The notes beneath the pieces were generated by a model. The model was not told the origin of the DNA, searched no databases, and saw nothing but the letters and a program-made list of their open reading frames with translations. Below are positions 16,189 to 24,399 of a DNA stretch of 64,000 nucleotides, piece by piece. A program made the position numbers and the translations under genes. Numbering within the stretch: the stretch's first letter is position 1; the number at the start of each line of letters is the position of its first letter. This stretch comes from Candidatus Omnitrophota bacterium (GTDB lineage: Bacteria; Omnitrophota; Omnitrophia; Omnitrophales; JACQLI01): contig JACPCP010000018.1 in assembly GCA_016179745.1 (NCBI GenBank), forward strand, positions 9,258 through 73,257. Direction: 5' to 3'.

Positions 16189-16743
16189 GTGAGCCAGAAA
16201 GGAGTTACGATTTGGTTTACCGGGCTGCCAAGCTCGGGGAAGTCCACCATTGCCCGGGTGCTTGAGCGGCGCTTCCGCCAGGCAGGGCTCAAGGTCGAAC
16301 TTTTGGATGGGGATGTGGTCCGGACGAATTTGAGCAAGGGTCTCGGCTTCTCCAAGGAAGACCGGGACGCCAATATCAAGAGGATTGGGTTTGTTTGTCA
16401 TCTTCTCACCCGGAATGACGTGATCGCCATTGCGGCGGCCATTTCCCCTTATCGGGAAGTCCGGGATTACAATCGCCGTCTCATCGGGAATTTTGTGGAA
16501 GTTTACGTGAAGTGCTCGATCGACGAATGCGAGAAGCGGGACGTGAAGGGGCTTTTCAAAAAGGCCCGGGCCGGCGAGATCACGGGCTTCACCGGCGTCG
16601 ACGACCCCTATGAAGAACCTCTCCATCCCGAGGTCGTCTGCGACACGGAAAAGGAATCCGCCGACCAGTCCGCCGAGAAGGTGATTAGGAAGTTGGAGGA
16701 ATTGGGGTATCTTAGCGAAGCGTCGTCACACTCGTCATTCTGA
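16189..16743 (+). CDS. cysC: Adenylylsulfate (APS) kinase
   Basis: GTG start preceded by aaggagg. VTIWFTGLPSSGKSTIA P-loop and LDGDVVRTNLSKGLGFSKEDRDANI are hallmark CysC motifs. Confidence 0.9.
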   Translation: MSQKGVTIWFTGLPSSGKSTIARVLERRFRQAGLKVELLDGDVVRTNLSKGLGFSKEDRDANIKRIGFVCHLLTRNDVIAIAAAISPYREVRDYNRRLIGNFVEVYVKCSIDECEKRDVKGLFKKARAGEITGFTGVDDPYEEPLHPEVVCDTEKESADQSAEKVIRKLEELGYLSEASSHSSF

Positions 16744-16811
16744 GGCCTCCGAAGGAGGCCGAAGAATCTCAACTCTGAGATCCTTCGGCCGCTACGCGGC
16801 CTCAGGATGAC
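16734..16811. mobile_element. MITE-like nested-palindrome element (family C, gtcatyctgag termini), copy 1
   Basis: The termini gtcattctgaggcc / ggcctcaggatgac are inverted, with an inner gaagaatctc / gagatccttc pair. The cysC stop codon (16741-16743) lies inside the element. Confidence 0.7.
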
Positions 16812-16841
16812 AGCGATTGCATTAACAACGCGATTTCGACA

Positions 16842-17690
16842 ATGAAAAAAATTGATTTGCATATGCACACGACGCACTCCGACGGGAGTTATCTGCCCCG
16901 GGAGCTCGTGCGCTACGCCGGCGAAAAGGGCCTCGGCTCGATCTCGGTCACGGACCACGACACGATGTCAAGTTTTGAGGAATGCGCTGACGAAGCAAAA
17001 AAGCTCGGGATTGAACTCATCCCGGGGATTGAGATCAGCTGTGATTTTGAGCCGGGCACCCTTCACGTGCTCGGTTATTTCATGGACCGGAACCAGCCGG
17101 GTTTCAAGGCCGTTTTGGATGAAATTCAAAAGGCGCGCCGGGAACGAAACCCCGAAATCATCCGGAAATTGAACCAGCTCGGGATTGAGATCACACTGGA
17201 AGAGGTCACGGCCGTCTCCGGAGGAAAACAAGTGGGGCGTCCTCATTTTGCCAAGATCCTGGTGAAAAAGGGGGCCGTGAAGACAATGGACGAGGCCTTT
17301 TGGAAATATTTGGCGAAGGGAAAACCGGCTTATGTGGACAAGCGCCGCCTTTCGTCCAAAGAAGGCATTCAAAAGATCCGGGAGGCCGGCGGCATCGCCG
17401 TGGCGGCGCATCCCAAACAGATGAAGCTTGCAGGCGAGGCGCTCACAAGAGAAATCAAGCGGCTCGTTGACGAGGGGCTCGGCGGCATCGAGGCTTACAA
17501 TAGCTGTCAGAACCGGGACGAGGCCCGGCTTTACAAAGAGCTGGCGAAGCGGTTTAATCTCCTGGTGACGGGCGGCAGCGACTTTCACGGCGCCAACAAA
17601 CCCGAAGTGGATTTGGGGTATCTCGGCGGCGGCGTGGAATTGGGCTATGAAGTGGTCGAATCGATGAAGGCCTCCCTGGCGAAGAGGTAA
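16842..17690 (+). CDS. PHP-domain phosphoesterase (TrpH/YciV-like; probable 3',5'-bisphosphate nucleotidase)
   Basis: IDLHMHTTHSDGS...SVTDHDT...AHP...GGSDFHG are the PHP metal-ligand motifs. Its position inside the cys operon fits a pAp phosphatase role. Confidence 0.75.
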   Translation: MKKIDLHMHTTHSDGSYLPRELVRYAGEKGLGSISVTDHDTMSSFEECADEAKKLGIELIPGIEISCDFEPGTLHVLGYFMDRNQPGFKAVLDEIQKARRERNPEIIRKLNQLGIEITLEEVTAVSGGKQVGRPHFAKILVKKGAVKTMDEAFWKYLAKGKPAYVDKRRLSSKEGIQKIREAGGIAVAAHPKQMKLAGEALTREIKRLVDEGLGGIEAYNSCQNRDEARLYKELAKRFNLLVTGGSDFHGANKPEVDLGYLGGGVELGYEVVESMKASLAKR

Positions 17691-17693
17691 AAG

Positions 17694-18479
17694 GTGGCAA
17701 TCTTGACAGCACCGCTGGAGTTAGAGAAATTAAATCAGGAGTTTGAGAAGAAAAAGCCCGGGGAAATCATTGCCTGGGCGGCCGGGGAATTTTCGCCCCG
17801 GCTGGCCATGACCTCCTCGTTTGGGCCGGAGTCCGGAGTTTTGCTTCATCTCGTCAGTCAAATCAATCCGGAGGTTGCCGTTTTGTTTCTTGAAACGGGC
17901 TATCATTTTCCGGAGACTCTGGAATACAAAGAGTCACTCGTGCGGCTTTTGGGATTGAAAAATGTAATTGATCTCAAAGCCGATCCGAAAGTCAAGGCCG
18001 ACGTCGTCAAAAAATATGAGGGCGTGCCTTACGAGAAAAACCCGGACCTTTGCTGCCAGATCAACAAGGTGGAGCCCCTGGACCGGGCCCTTAAAGATTA
18101 TGATGCCTGGATGAGCGGCATCCGCCGCAACCAGACGGATTTCCGGAAATCCATCCGTATCGTAGAGGAATACCGGCGGGCGGATCTGGACCGGGCCCGG
18201 CCGCTCTATAAAATTTCCCCGCTCTCCAATTTCACGTCACGGGAGATGTGGTGGTATTTAAAGGAACATAAAATCCCGATCCACCCGCTCTACGACAAGG
18301 GTTACCTCTCGATCGGATGCTGGCCCTGCACGAGGCCGGTCCAGGCAGGGGATGACGAACGCTCCGGCCGCTGGGCCGGGAAGGCCAAGACCGAGTGCGG
18401 CATTCACACCTTTATGGAAGTCAAAGAAGAAAAAAAGGAGAAAGAAAAACCGGGCTCCGGTTACTCTTCAAAAATATGA
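17694..18479 (+). CDS. cysH: APS/PAPS reductase (thioredoxin-dependent, Fe-S type)
   Basis: Carries the C-terminal KTECGIH motif. The CC (DLCCQINK) and CxxC (GCWPCT) cysteines are typical of the 4Fe-4S-containing CysH subgroup. Confidence 0.85.
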   Translation: MAILTAPLELEKLNQEFEKKKPGEIIAWAAGEFSPRLAMTSSFGPESGVLLHLVSQINPEVAVLFLETGYHFPETLEYKESLVRLLGLKNVIDLKADPKVKADVVKKYEGVPYEKNPDLCCQINKVEPLDRALKDYDAWMSGIRRNQTDFRKSIRIVEEYRRADLDRARPLYKISPLSNFTSREMWWYLKEHKIPIHPLYDKGYLSIGCWPCTRPVQAGDDERSGRWAGKAKTECGIHTFMEVKEEKKEKEKPGSGYSSKI

Positions 18480-19648
18480 TTGAACCTCACGGCGGAAAAC
18501 TCATTAACCGGCTGCTAACCGGCAAAGAGGCGAAGGAGGCCAAGAAAAAGGCGGCCGGTCTCAAAAAGCTTGCGCTTACCCCCTTTGAAGAATCGGATCT
18601 GGAGATGATCGCTGCCGGCGCCTTGAGCCCGCTCGAAGGCTTTATGGGCCGGGCCGATTTTGATTCGGTCTTGGACCAGATGCATTTGGCAAGCGGTCCC
18701 GCCTGGACGCTCCCGGTCGTGAAATCAATTTCAGCGGAGGAGACGAAGTCGGTCCGGGCCGGCGGAGAAGTTGCGCTTGTGAATCAAGACGGCACGGCGC
18801 TCGCTATTCTCGCCCTTGATGAAATCTACCCGCACGATAAAAAGAAGCACTGCCAGAAGGCCTACGGGACCGAGGAGAGCGCTCATCCCGGCGTGGCCCG
18901 TGTGATCGGAATGGGAGATTTTCTCGCCGGCGGGAAGGTCTCGGTTTTTGAGCGTCCGGGGCACACAAAATTTCTCGAACACCGCCGGGACCCGGCCGAG
19001 ACGAGGAAAATTTTTGAAGACCGGGGCTGGAAAAAGGTGGTGGCGTTTCAAACCCGGAACCCGATTCACCGGGCCCACGAATACCTGCAGAAATGCGCCC
19101 TGGAGACCGTGGACGGCCTCTTGATTCATCCCCTGGTGGGCGCCACCAAAGGCGACGATGTCCCGGCCGAGGTCCGGATGCGCTGCTACGAAGTCTTGAT
19201 CGAAAAGTATTATCAAAAGGAGCGGGTGCTTCTCTCGGTCTTCCCGGCGGCCATGCGCTACGCCGGCCCGAAGGAGGCGATCTTTCACGCCCTCGTGAGA
19301 AAAAATTACGGCTGCACGCATTTCATTGTGGGCCGGGACCACGCCGGCGTCTCCCGCCCCGACGGAAAGGGTTTTTACGGGCCGTTTGACGCCCAGAAAA
19401 TTTTCGATGAATTCAAACCGGAGGAGATCGGCGTGACGCCGCTTTTCTTCGACAACGCCTTTTACTGCCGTGCGTGCGGCTCGATGGCGTCGGAAAAAAT
19501 TTGCCCGCACAACTCCCAGGACCGGGTGAGTTTCAGCGGCACCAAGGTCCGGGAGATGCTTCGAGCGGGCGAAATCCCTCCGCCCGAATTTACCCGGCCC
19601 GAGGTGGCCCGGGTCTTGATTGAGGCTTACCAAACGAAGGAGAAATAA
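18476..19648 (+). CDS. sat: Sulfate adenylyltransferase (ATP sulfurylase)
   Basis: ATG 18476 overlaps the cysH stop (ATGA). MIEPHGGKLINRL, FQTRNPIHRAHEYL and GRDHAG are canonical Sat motifs. Confidence 0.9.
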   Translation: MIEPHGGKLINRLLTGKEAKEAKKKAAGLKKLALTPFEESDLEMIAAGALSPLEGFMGRADFDSVLDQMHLASGPAWTLPVVKSISAEETKSVRAGGEVALVNQDGTALAILALDEIYPHDKKKHCQKAYGTEESAHPGVARVIGMGDFLAGGKVSVFERPGHTKFLEHRRDPAETRKIFEDRGWKKVVAFQTRNPIHRAHEYLQKCALETVDGLLIHPLVGATKGDDVPAEVRMRCYEVLIEKYYQKERVLLSVFPAAMRYAGPKEAIFHALVRKNYGCTHFIVGRDHAGVSRPDGKGFYGPFDAQKIFDEFKPEEIGVTPLFFDNAFYCRACGSMASEKICPHNSQDRVSFSGTKVREMLRAGEIPPPEFTRPEVARVLIEAYQTKEK

Positions 19649-20605
19649 ATGGCGCCCCAGCGAACGAAACCCGCAGTGGCCGAGGATGCGTTGAAATTGG
19701 TGGGAAACACGCCGCTTGTGAAATTGACAAAGATGGCCGGTCCCGGCTCCGCCTCCCTTTATGCAAAACTGGAATCCATGAACCCCGGCGGGAGCGTCAA
19801 GGACCGGATCTGCCTCAGTATGATTCGGGACGCCGAGGAGAAGGGTTTGATCAAAAAAGAGACGGTCATCATTGAGGCCACGAGTGGAAACACCGGAATC
19901 GGCCTGGCTCTGATTTGTGCGGTCCGAGGCTACCGGCTGATCCTCACGATGCCGGATGACATGAGTTTCGAGCGCCAGCACCTCCTCAAGCGCTACGGCG
20001 CCGAGCTCATCCTGACGCCGGCCCTGGAAGGGATGAAAGGGGCGGTCGACAAGGCCGAAGAGCTCGTCCGCAAAAATAAGAATGCCTTTATGCCCCAGCA
20101 GTTTAACAACCCAGCCAACCCCCAGGCCCACCGGGAAACCACGGCAGAAGAAATCTGGGAGGCGCTCGGAGGAAAACTGGATGCCTTTGTGGCCGGCGTC
20201 GGGACCGGCGGAACGATCACCGGCTGCGGCGAAATTTTCAAACAGAGGAACCCCAAGATTAAAATTGTCGCCGTGGAGCCGAAACGTTCAGCGGTCCTTT
20301 CCGGAAACGAACCGGGCTATCACCGGATTCAGGGGCTCGGGGCCGGGTTTGTCCCCCAGGTCCTGAACCGTCAAGTGATCGACCAGGTGGTGCCCGTGGA
20401 GGATGAAACGGCTTGGGAAACTTCTCTGGCGCTGGCCCGCAAGGAGGGGATCTCGGCCGGAATTTCCTCGGGCGCCGCCTGCTCGGCCGCCCTCCAAACG
20501 GCCGCCGGACTGGGCCCCGGGAAGACTGTGGTCGTGATTTTTCCCGACTCGGGCGAACGCTACCTCACCGCCGCCGAGGAATTCTCAAAAAATGTCCTAC
20601 GTTAA
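19649..20605 (+). CDS. cysK: Cysteine synthase (O-acetylserine/O-phosphoserine sulfhydrylase)
   Basis: NPGGSVKDRI PLP-lysine motif, TSGNTGIGLA, and GTGGTITG glycine loop. Confidence 0.9.
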   Translation: MAPQRTKPAVAEDALKLVGNTPLVKLTKMAGPGSASLYAKLESMNPGGSVKDRICLSMIRDAEEKGLIKKETVIIEATSGNTGIGLALICAVRGYRLILTMPDDMSFERQHLLKRYGAELILTPALEGMKGAVDKAEELVRKNKNAFMPQQFNNPANPQAHRETTAEEIWEALGGKLDAFVAGVGTGGTITGCGEIFKQRNPKIKIVAVEPKRSAVLSGNEPGYHRIQGLGAGFVPQVLNRQVIDQVVPVEDETAWETSLALARKEGISAGISSGAACSAALQTAAGLGPGKTVVVIFPDSGERYLTAAEEFSKNVLR

Positions 20606-21866
20606 AGGGTTGAAATGCCGGGAATGCGGACGGGCGTATCCGAAACAGGCGATCTATGTCTGTGAGTATTGCTTCGGGTCGCTTGAGGTCGATTACGATT
20701 ACGAAGCGATCCGGAAAAATTTCTCCAAGGAGAAAATCCTGAAAGGCCCGAAGAGTCTCTGGCGCTACCGGGAGCTTCTGCCGATTGACGGCGATCCCAC
20801 CGTGGGCCTTTCCTCCGGATTCACCCCATTTTTCCGGACCAAAAATCTGGCGAAGCGCCTCGGGCTTGACGAACTCTACATTAAAGATGATTCCTCCTGC
20901 CACCCGACCTGGTCTTTCAAAGACCGGGTCGTGGCCGTGGCCCTTTCCAAGGCCCGGGAGCTTGGTTTCGACACCGTGGCCTGCGCCTCGACCGGCAATC
21001 TCGCCAATGCGGTGGCCGCCCACGCCGCCCAGGCGGGATTCAAGTGTTACATTTTCATTCCGGCCGATCTTGAGCTGGCTAAAATTGTGGGGACCCTGGT
21101 CTGCAAACCCACGCTCGTCGCCGTCGAGGGGAATTATGATGACGTGAACCGGCTCTCGGCCGAGATCGGCGCCAAATACCCGTGGGCCTTTGTGAATATC
21201 AATATCCGTCCCTATTACGCCGAGGGCTCAAAGACCTTCGGGTTTGAAATTGCGGAGCAGCTCGGCTGGAAAACACCCGCTCACGTCGTGATCCCGGCCG
21301 CCTCGGGCTCGCTCCTCACAAAAATTTGGAAGGCCTTTAAGGAATTTGAGAAACTCGGGTTTCTCGAATCCAAAGTGAAGACCCGGCTTTATTGCGCCCA
21401 GGCCACGGGCTGCGGCCCCATTTCCCGGGCGATCCTGGAAAAATCCGAGGTGATCCGGCCCGAGAAGCCGAAGACGATTGCCAAGTCGCTTGCGATCGGA
21501 AATCCGGCGGACGGTTACTACGCCAAGGACGCCGTGTTTCAATCGGGGGGCTCGGCGGCGCTCGTGACGGATGAGGAGATTCAGGAGGGGATCAAGCTGT
21601 TGGCCGAGACCGAGGGAATTTTTACCGAGACGGCGGGCGGGGTCACGGTCGCCTCGGCTTTGAAGCTGATCAAAGAAGGAAAGATCAAACCCAGCGAATC
21701 CACGGTGCTCGCCATCACGGGCAACGGCTTGAAAACGCAGGAGGCCATTCAAAAGTCTGTCGGCAGCCCCATCACGATCGAGCCGAACGTATCTTCATTT
21801 GAAGCCCGGGTGATGGGGGGCTATAATGCCCCGAAAACGGAGGAACGTCCATGCCGGTCAAAGTAA
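20592..21866 (+). CDS. Threonine-synthase-family PLP enzyme with N-terminal zinc ribbon
   Basis: CRECG...CEYC ribbon, [12 protein letters not shown]-lysine motif and ASTGNLANA. The adjacent MoaD-like gene suggests possible sulfur-carrier-dependent chemistry. Confidence 0.7.
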   Translation: MSYVKGLKCRECGRAYPKQAIYVCEYCFGSLEVDYDYEAIRKNFSKEKILKGPKSLWRYRELLPIDGDPTVGLSSGFTPFFRTKNLAKRLGLDELYIKDDSSCHPTWSFKDRVVAVALSKARELGFDTVACASTGNLANAVAAHAAQAGFKCYIFIPADLELAKIVGTLVCKPTLVAVEGNYDDVNRLSAEIGAKYPWAFVNINIRPYYAEGSKTFGFEIAEQLGWKTPAHVVIPAASGSLLTKIWKAFKEFEKLGFLESKVKTRLYCAQATGCGPISRAILEKSEVIRPEKPKTIAKSLAIGNPADGYYAKDAVFQSGGSAALVTDEEIQEGIKLLAETEGIFTETAGGVTVASALKLIKEGKIKPSESTVLAITGNGLKTQEAIQKSVGSPITIEPNVSSFEARVMGGYNAPKTEERPCRSK

Positions 21867-22141
21867 GGATTCCGACACCGCTTCAGAAAATCACGCAGGG
21901 AAAAGCCGAAGTTGAAATTGCGGCTTCGAACGTTAAAGAACTTCTTGATCAGCTCGAGAAAAAACACCCGGGCATCAAGGACCGCCTCTGCGACGAATCG
22001 GGCAAGGTGCGCCGCTTTGTGAATATCTACCTGAACGAGGAAGACATCCGGTTTCTCAAACAGGAATTGACCTCCTTAAAAGACGGGGACGAGGTCTCCA
22101 TTGTCCCGGCCATTGCCGGCGGCTCCGCAAAAAATGGCTAA
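21851..22141 (+). CDS. MoaD/ThiS-family sulfur-carrier protein with extension after the GG
   Basis: 96 aa with a beta-grasp-like sequence ending ...[15 protein letters not shown], i.e. five residues follow the diglycine. Confidence 0.65.
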   Translation: MPVKVRIPTPLQKITQGKAEVEIAASNVKELLDQLEKKHPGIKDRLCDESGKVRRFVNIYLNEEDIRFLKQELTSLKDGDEVSIVPAIAGGSAKNG

Positions 22142-22373
22142 AAAGGCGCTCCACCTCATCTTTCCCGAGAAGCTGATCCGGGAGCCGATCATGTTTCTGG
22201 TGGCCCGGGATCATCATCTTGTGTTGAGCATCTGCCGGGCCCGCATCACGGCCACGGCCGGCGAGGCCACCGTGGAGCTCGAAGGCGGCGCCCAAGACCT
22301 TGAGCGGGCGGAGAAGGCCTTTAAGGAAAAGGGCGTCAAAGTCGAAAGCGTTCTAGGGGACGTGATTGAATAG
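22134..22373 (+). CDS. NIL-domain (ferredoxin-like) protein
   Basis: [39 protein letters not shown]...ATVELEG resembles stand-alone NIL domains often found beside sulfur metabolism genes. Confidence 0.5.
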   Translation: MAKKALHLIFPEKLIREPIMFLVARDHHLVLSICRARITATAGEATVELEGGAQDLERAEKAFKEKGVKVESVLGDVIE

Positions 22374-23346
22374 AGACGGGATCGAGGCTTTAAAAAATCG
22401 GGTTCTTGGAGGGGGAGAAATCAGTTTTGACGAAGCACTCTCCCTGGCCCGTCTCGAAGAGCCCGAAGACATTAATACCCTCCTCGACGCCGCCCGGGAA
22501 ATCACCCACTTCTTTAATTCCGCCAAGCCCGGTCTTTGCACCCTTCTGAATGCCAAAAGTTATCTTTGCGGGGAAGACTGCGGATTTTGCGCCCAGTCGG
22601 TCCGCTTCGACACGTCGGCCGACCGCTACCTTTTGATGGAACCGGAGAAGGTGCTGGCGGCGGCCAAACGGGCCGAGGCGCACGGTGCCCAGAACTTTTG
22701 TATCGTCACAAGCGGGGCGGCCCCCACGGACGAGGAATTCGAAAAAATTGTCGTCCTCTTCAAGCGCCTCTCCGAAGAATCGCATCTCAATCTCGACGCC
22801 TCGCTCGGCTTCATCACCGAAGAACAGGCAGAACGCCTCGCCGAAGCGGGTGTGCGCCGTTTCAATCACAACCTTCAGACCTCCCGGGAGTTTTACCCTC
22901 AGATTGTTTCGACGCACACGTATGACACCCGCCTTGAAACGATCCGGTCGCTTCTGGAGGGTGGGCTTGAGCTTTGTTCGGGCGGGATCCTCGGGATGGG
23001 CGAGACGGCGGAAGACCGGGTGAAACTGGCCTTTGAACTGAAGCCCTACAAACCCCACTGTATTCCCGTCAATGTCCTGAATCCCCGGCCCGGCACCCCG
23101 TTGGAAAATCAGCCGAAGCCCGACCCCAAAGAAATTTTGAAAACGGTCGCCCTTTTTCGATTCATTCACCCGAAGGCCAATATCAAACTGGCCGGCGGCC
23201 GGGAGGTCAACCTGACCCCGGAAGAGCAGGAGCGGGCGCTTCGGGGCGGGGCGAACGGCCTGATCCTCGGAGGCTACCTGACCACCACCGGGAATTCCGT
23301 GGCGGCCGATATGCAACTCTTGCAGCGGGCAGGGTTTGCAGTCTAG
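22366..23346 (+). CDS. bioB: Biotin synthase (radical SAM)
   Basis: CGEDCGFCAQS CxxxCxxC cluster motif and an overall BioB-like sequence. TTG start. Confidence 0.9.
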   Translation: MNRDGIEALKNRVLGGGEISFDEALSLARLEEPEDINTLLDAAREITHFFNSAKPGLCTLLNAKSYLCGEDCGFCAQSVRFDTSADRYLLMEPEKVLAAAKRAEAHGAQNFCIVTSGAAPTDEEFEKIVVLFKRLSEESHLNLDASLGFITEEQAERLAEAGVRRFNHNLQTSREFYPQIVSTHTYDTRLETIRSLLEGGLELCSGGILGMGETAEDRVKLAFELKPYKPHCIPVNVLNPRPGTPLENQPKPDPKEILKTVALFRFIHPKANIKLAGGREVNLTPEEQERALRGGANGLILGGYLTTTGNSVAADMQLLQRAGFAV

Positions 23347-24075
23347 TTGGAACATTTTCTACCCGGTAAGAAAATCCTGATCACCGGCGGGACGAGCGCC
23401 CTCGGGAGCGCCTTTGTCCGGAAGGCCCTCGAGGCCGGCGCCACGGTCTTCTTCACCTACTTCAAAAACGAATCCCGGGCCCAGGAGCTGATCGCCCTCG
23501 GCGCCCGGGGTTTCCAGCTTGATCTCTCCGATTTTGAGGCGATCGACCGCTTCCAAAAAGAATTCCGTTCCCTCACGAAAGTCCTTCACGTTTTGATCCA
23601 CAATGCGGCCGTCGCCGAAGACGCCACAATCCAAAATCTTACGGAAGAAGCCTGGGACCGGGTCCTCGATGTGAATTTGAAAGCGCCCTACGCCCTCACC
23701 AAGAAACTTCTCCCCCTTCTTTTTAAAGCGAGCCCGAGTAAAATCTTTTTTATCGTGAGTCAGGCGGCCCAGCACGGAATTTTCGGCGCCTCGAATTACG
23801 CTGCTTCCAAGGCCGGGCTCGTGGCCCTGGCCCAATCGCTCGCCCACGAATACGGCCGGAAAAATATTCTCGTCAACTCCGTGAACCCCGGCTTCATGAA
23901 ATCGAAGATGACCGAATCCCTGCCCGCTGAGGTGATCGAAAAAAATGTCCGCTCGAGCGTGCTCGGGAGAATTTCAGATCCCGACGAGGCGGCCGGCTTT
24001 CTCGTCTATCTCTCCAGTGACCGTATGACCCAAGTCTCCGGCCAACTCCTCCACTTCGAATCAAGAAAGCTGTAA
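23347..24075 (+). CDS. Short-chain dehydrogenase/reductase (FabG-like) inside the biotin operon
   Basis: ITGGTSALGSA cofactor loop, NAAV, and YAASKAG catalytic YxxxK. Confidence 0.8.
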   Translation: MEHFLPGKKILITGGTSALGSAFVRKALEAGATVFFTYFKNESRAQELIALGARGFQLDLSDFEAIDRFQKEFRSLTKVLHVLIHNAAVAEDATIQNLTEEAWDRVLDVNLKAPYALTKKLLPLLFKASPSKIFFIVSQAAQHGIFGASNYAASKAGLVALAQSLAHEYGRKNILVNSVNPGFMKSKMTESLPAEVIEKNVRSSVLGRISDPDEAAGFLVYLSSDRMTQVSGQLLHFESRKL

Positions 24076-24098
24076 GCTGTAAGTGATAAGCTATAAGG
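24069..24098. repeat. Heptamer-repeat block, left arm of a 30-bp imperfect inverted repeat
   Basis: gctgtaa gctgtaa gtgataa gctataa gg matches the reverse complement of 24367-24396 at 25 of 30 positions. Confidence 0.8.
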
Positions 24099-24110
24099 AA
24101 AAGAGGGACA

Positions 24111-24324
24111 ATGGCACACACGTTTAGGAGCCTTAAGGTTTGGGAAAAAGCCCATCAACTTGTCTTGGAAATCTATCGGGCGACAGAGCCGTTTCCAAAC
24201 TCGGAGACTTCTTCTTGCCCACGATCTGAAATATTTGACCGGGGTGGATTACGAGCGCTTGTCGAACCTCACTGATGAGGTAGGCCGAATGCTTTTCGGT
24301 TTTCGTCGCAAGGTCACCTCGTGA
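24111..24324 (+). pseudogene. Degraded four-helix-bundle (23S rRNA intervening-sequence-type) protein gene
   Basis: The N-terminus MAHTFRSLKVWEKAHQLVLEIYRATEPFPNSE and, in another frame, the C-terminus LAHDLKYLTGVDYERLSNLTDEVGRMLFGFRRKV match the family ends. The central part is missing and the frame is broken (214 nt). Confidence 0.55.
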
Positions 24325-24366
24325 TTTCCATCGCCCACCCTCGCCGCTTACACTTTAAAACTTGAC

Positions 24367-24396
24367 CCTTATCGCTTACAGCTTATAGCTTACAGC
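24367..24396. repeat. Heptamer-repeat block, right arm of the inverted repeat
   Basis: ccttatc gcttaca gcttata gcttaca gc ends 3 nt before the KAS start codon. Confidence 0.8.
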
Positions 24397-24399
24397 TGA

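Noticed and set aside
18731-20131. 466-aa minus-strand ORF. Similar long antisense ORFs occur at 16027-16626, 22390-23355, 24376-25698, 26881-27813, 60690-61319 and 63009-63914.
   Set aside because: Each lies fully opposite a confidently identified gene (sat/cysK, cysC, bioB, KAS, bioA, pilT, beta-helix protein). Arg/Gly/Pro-rich junk translation is typical of GC-rich antisense frames.
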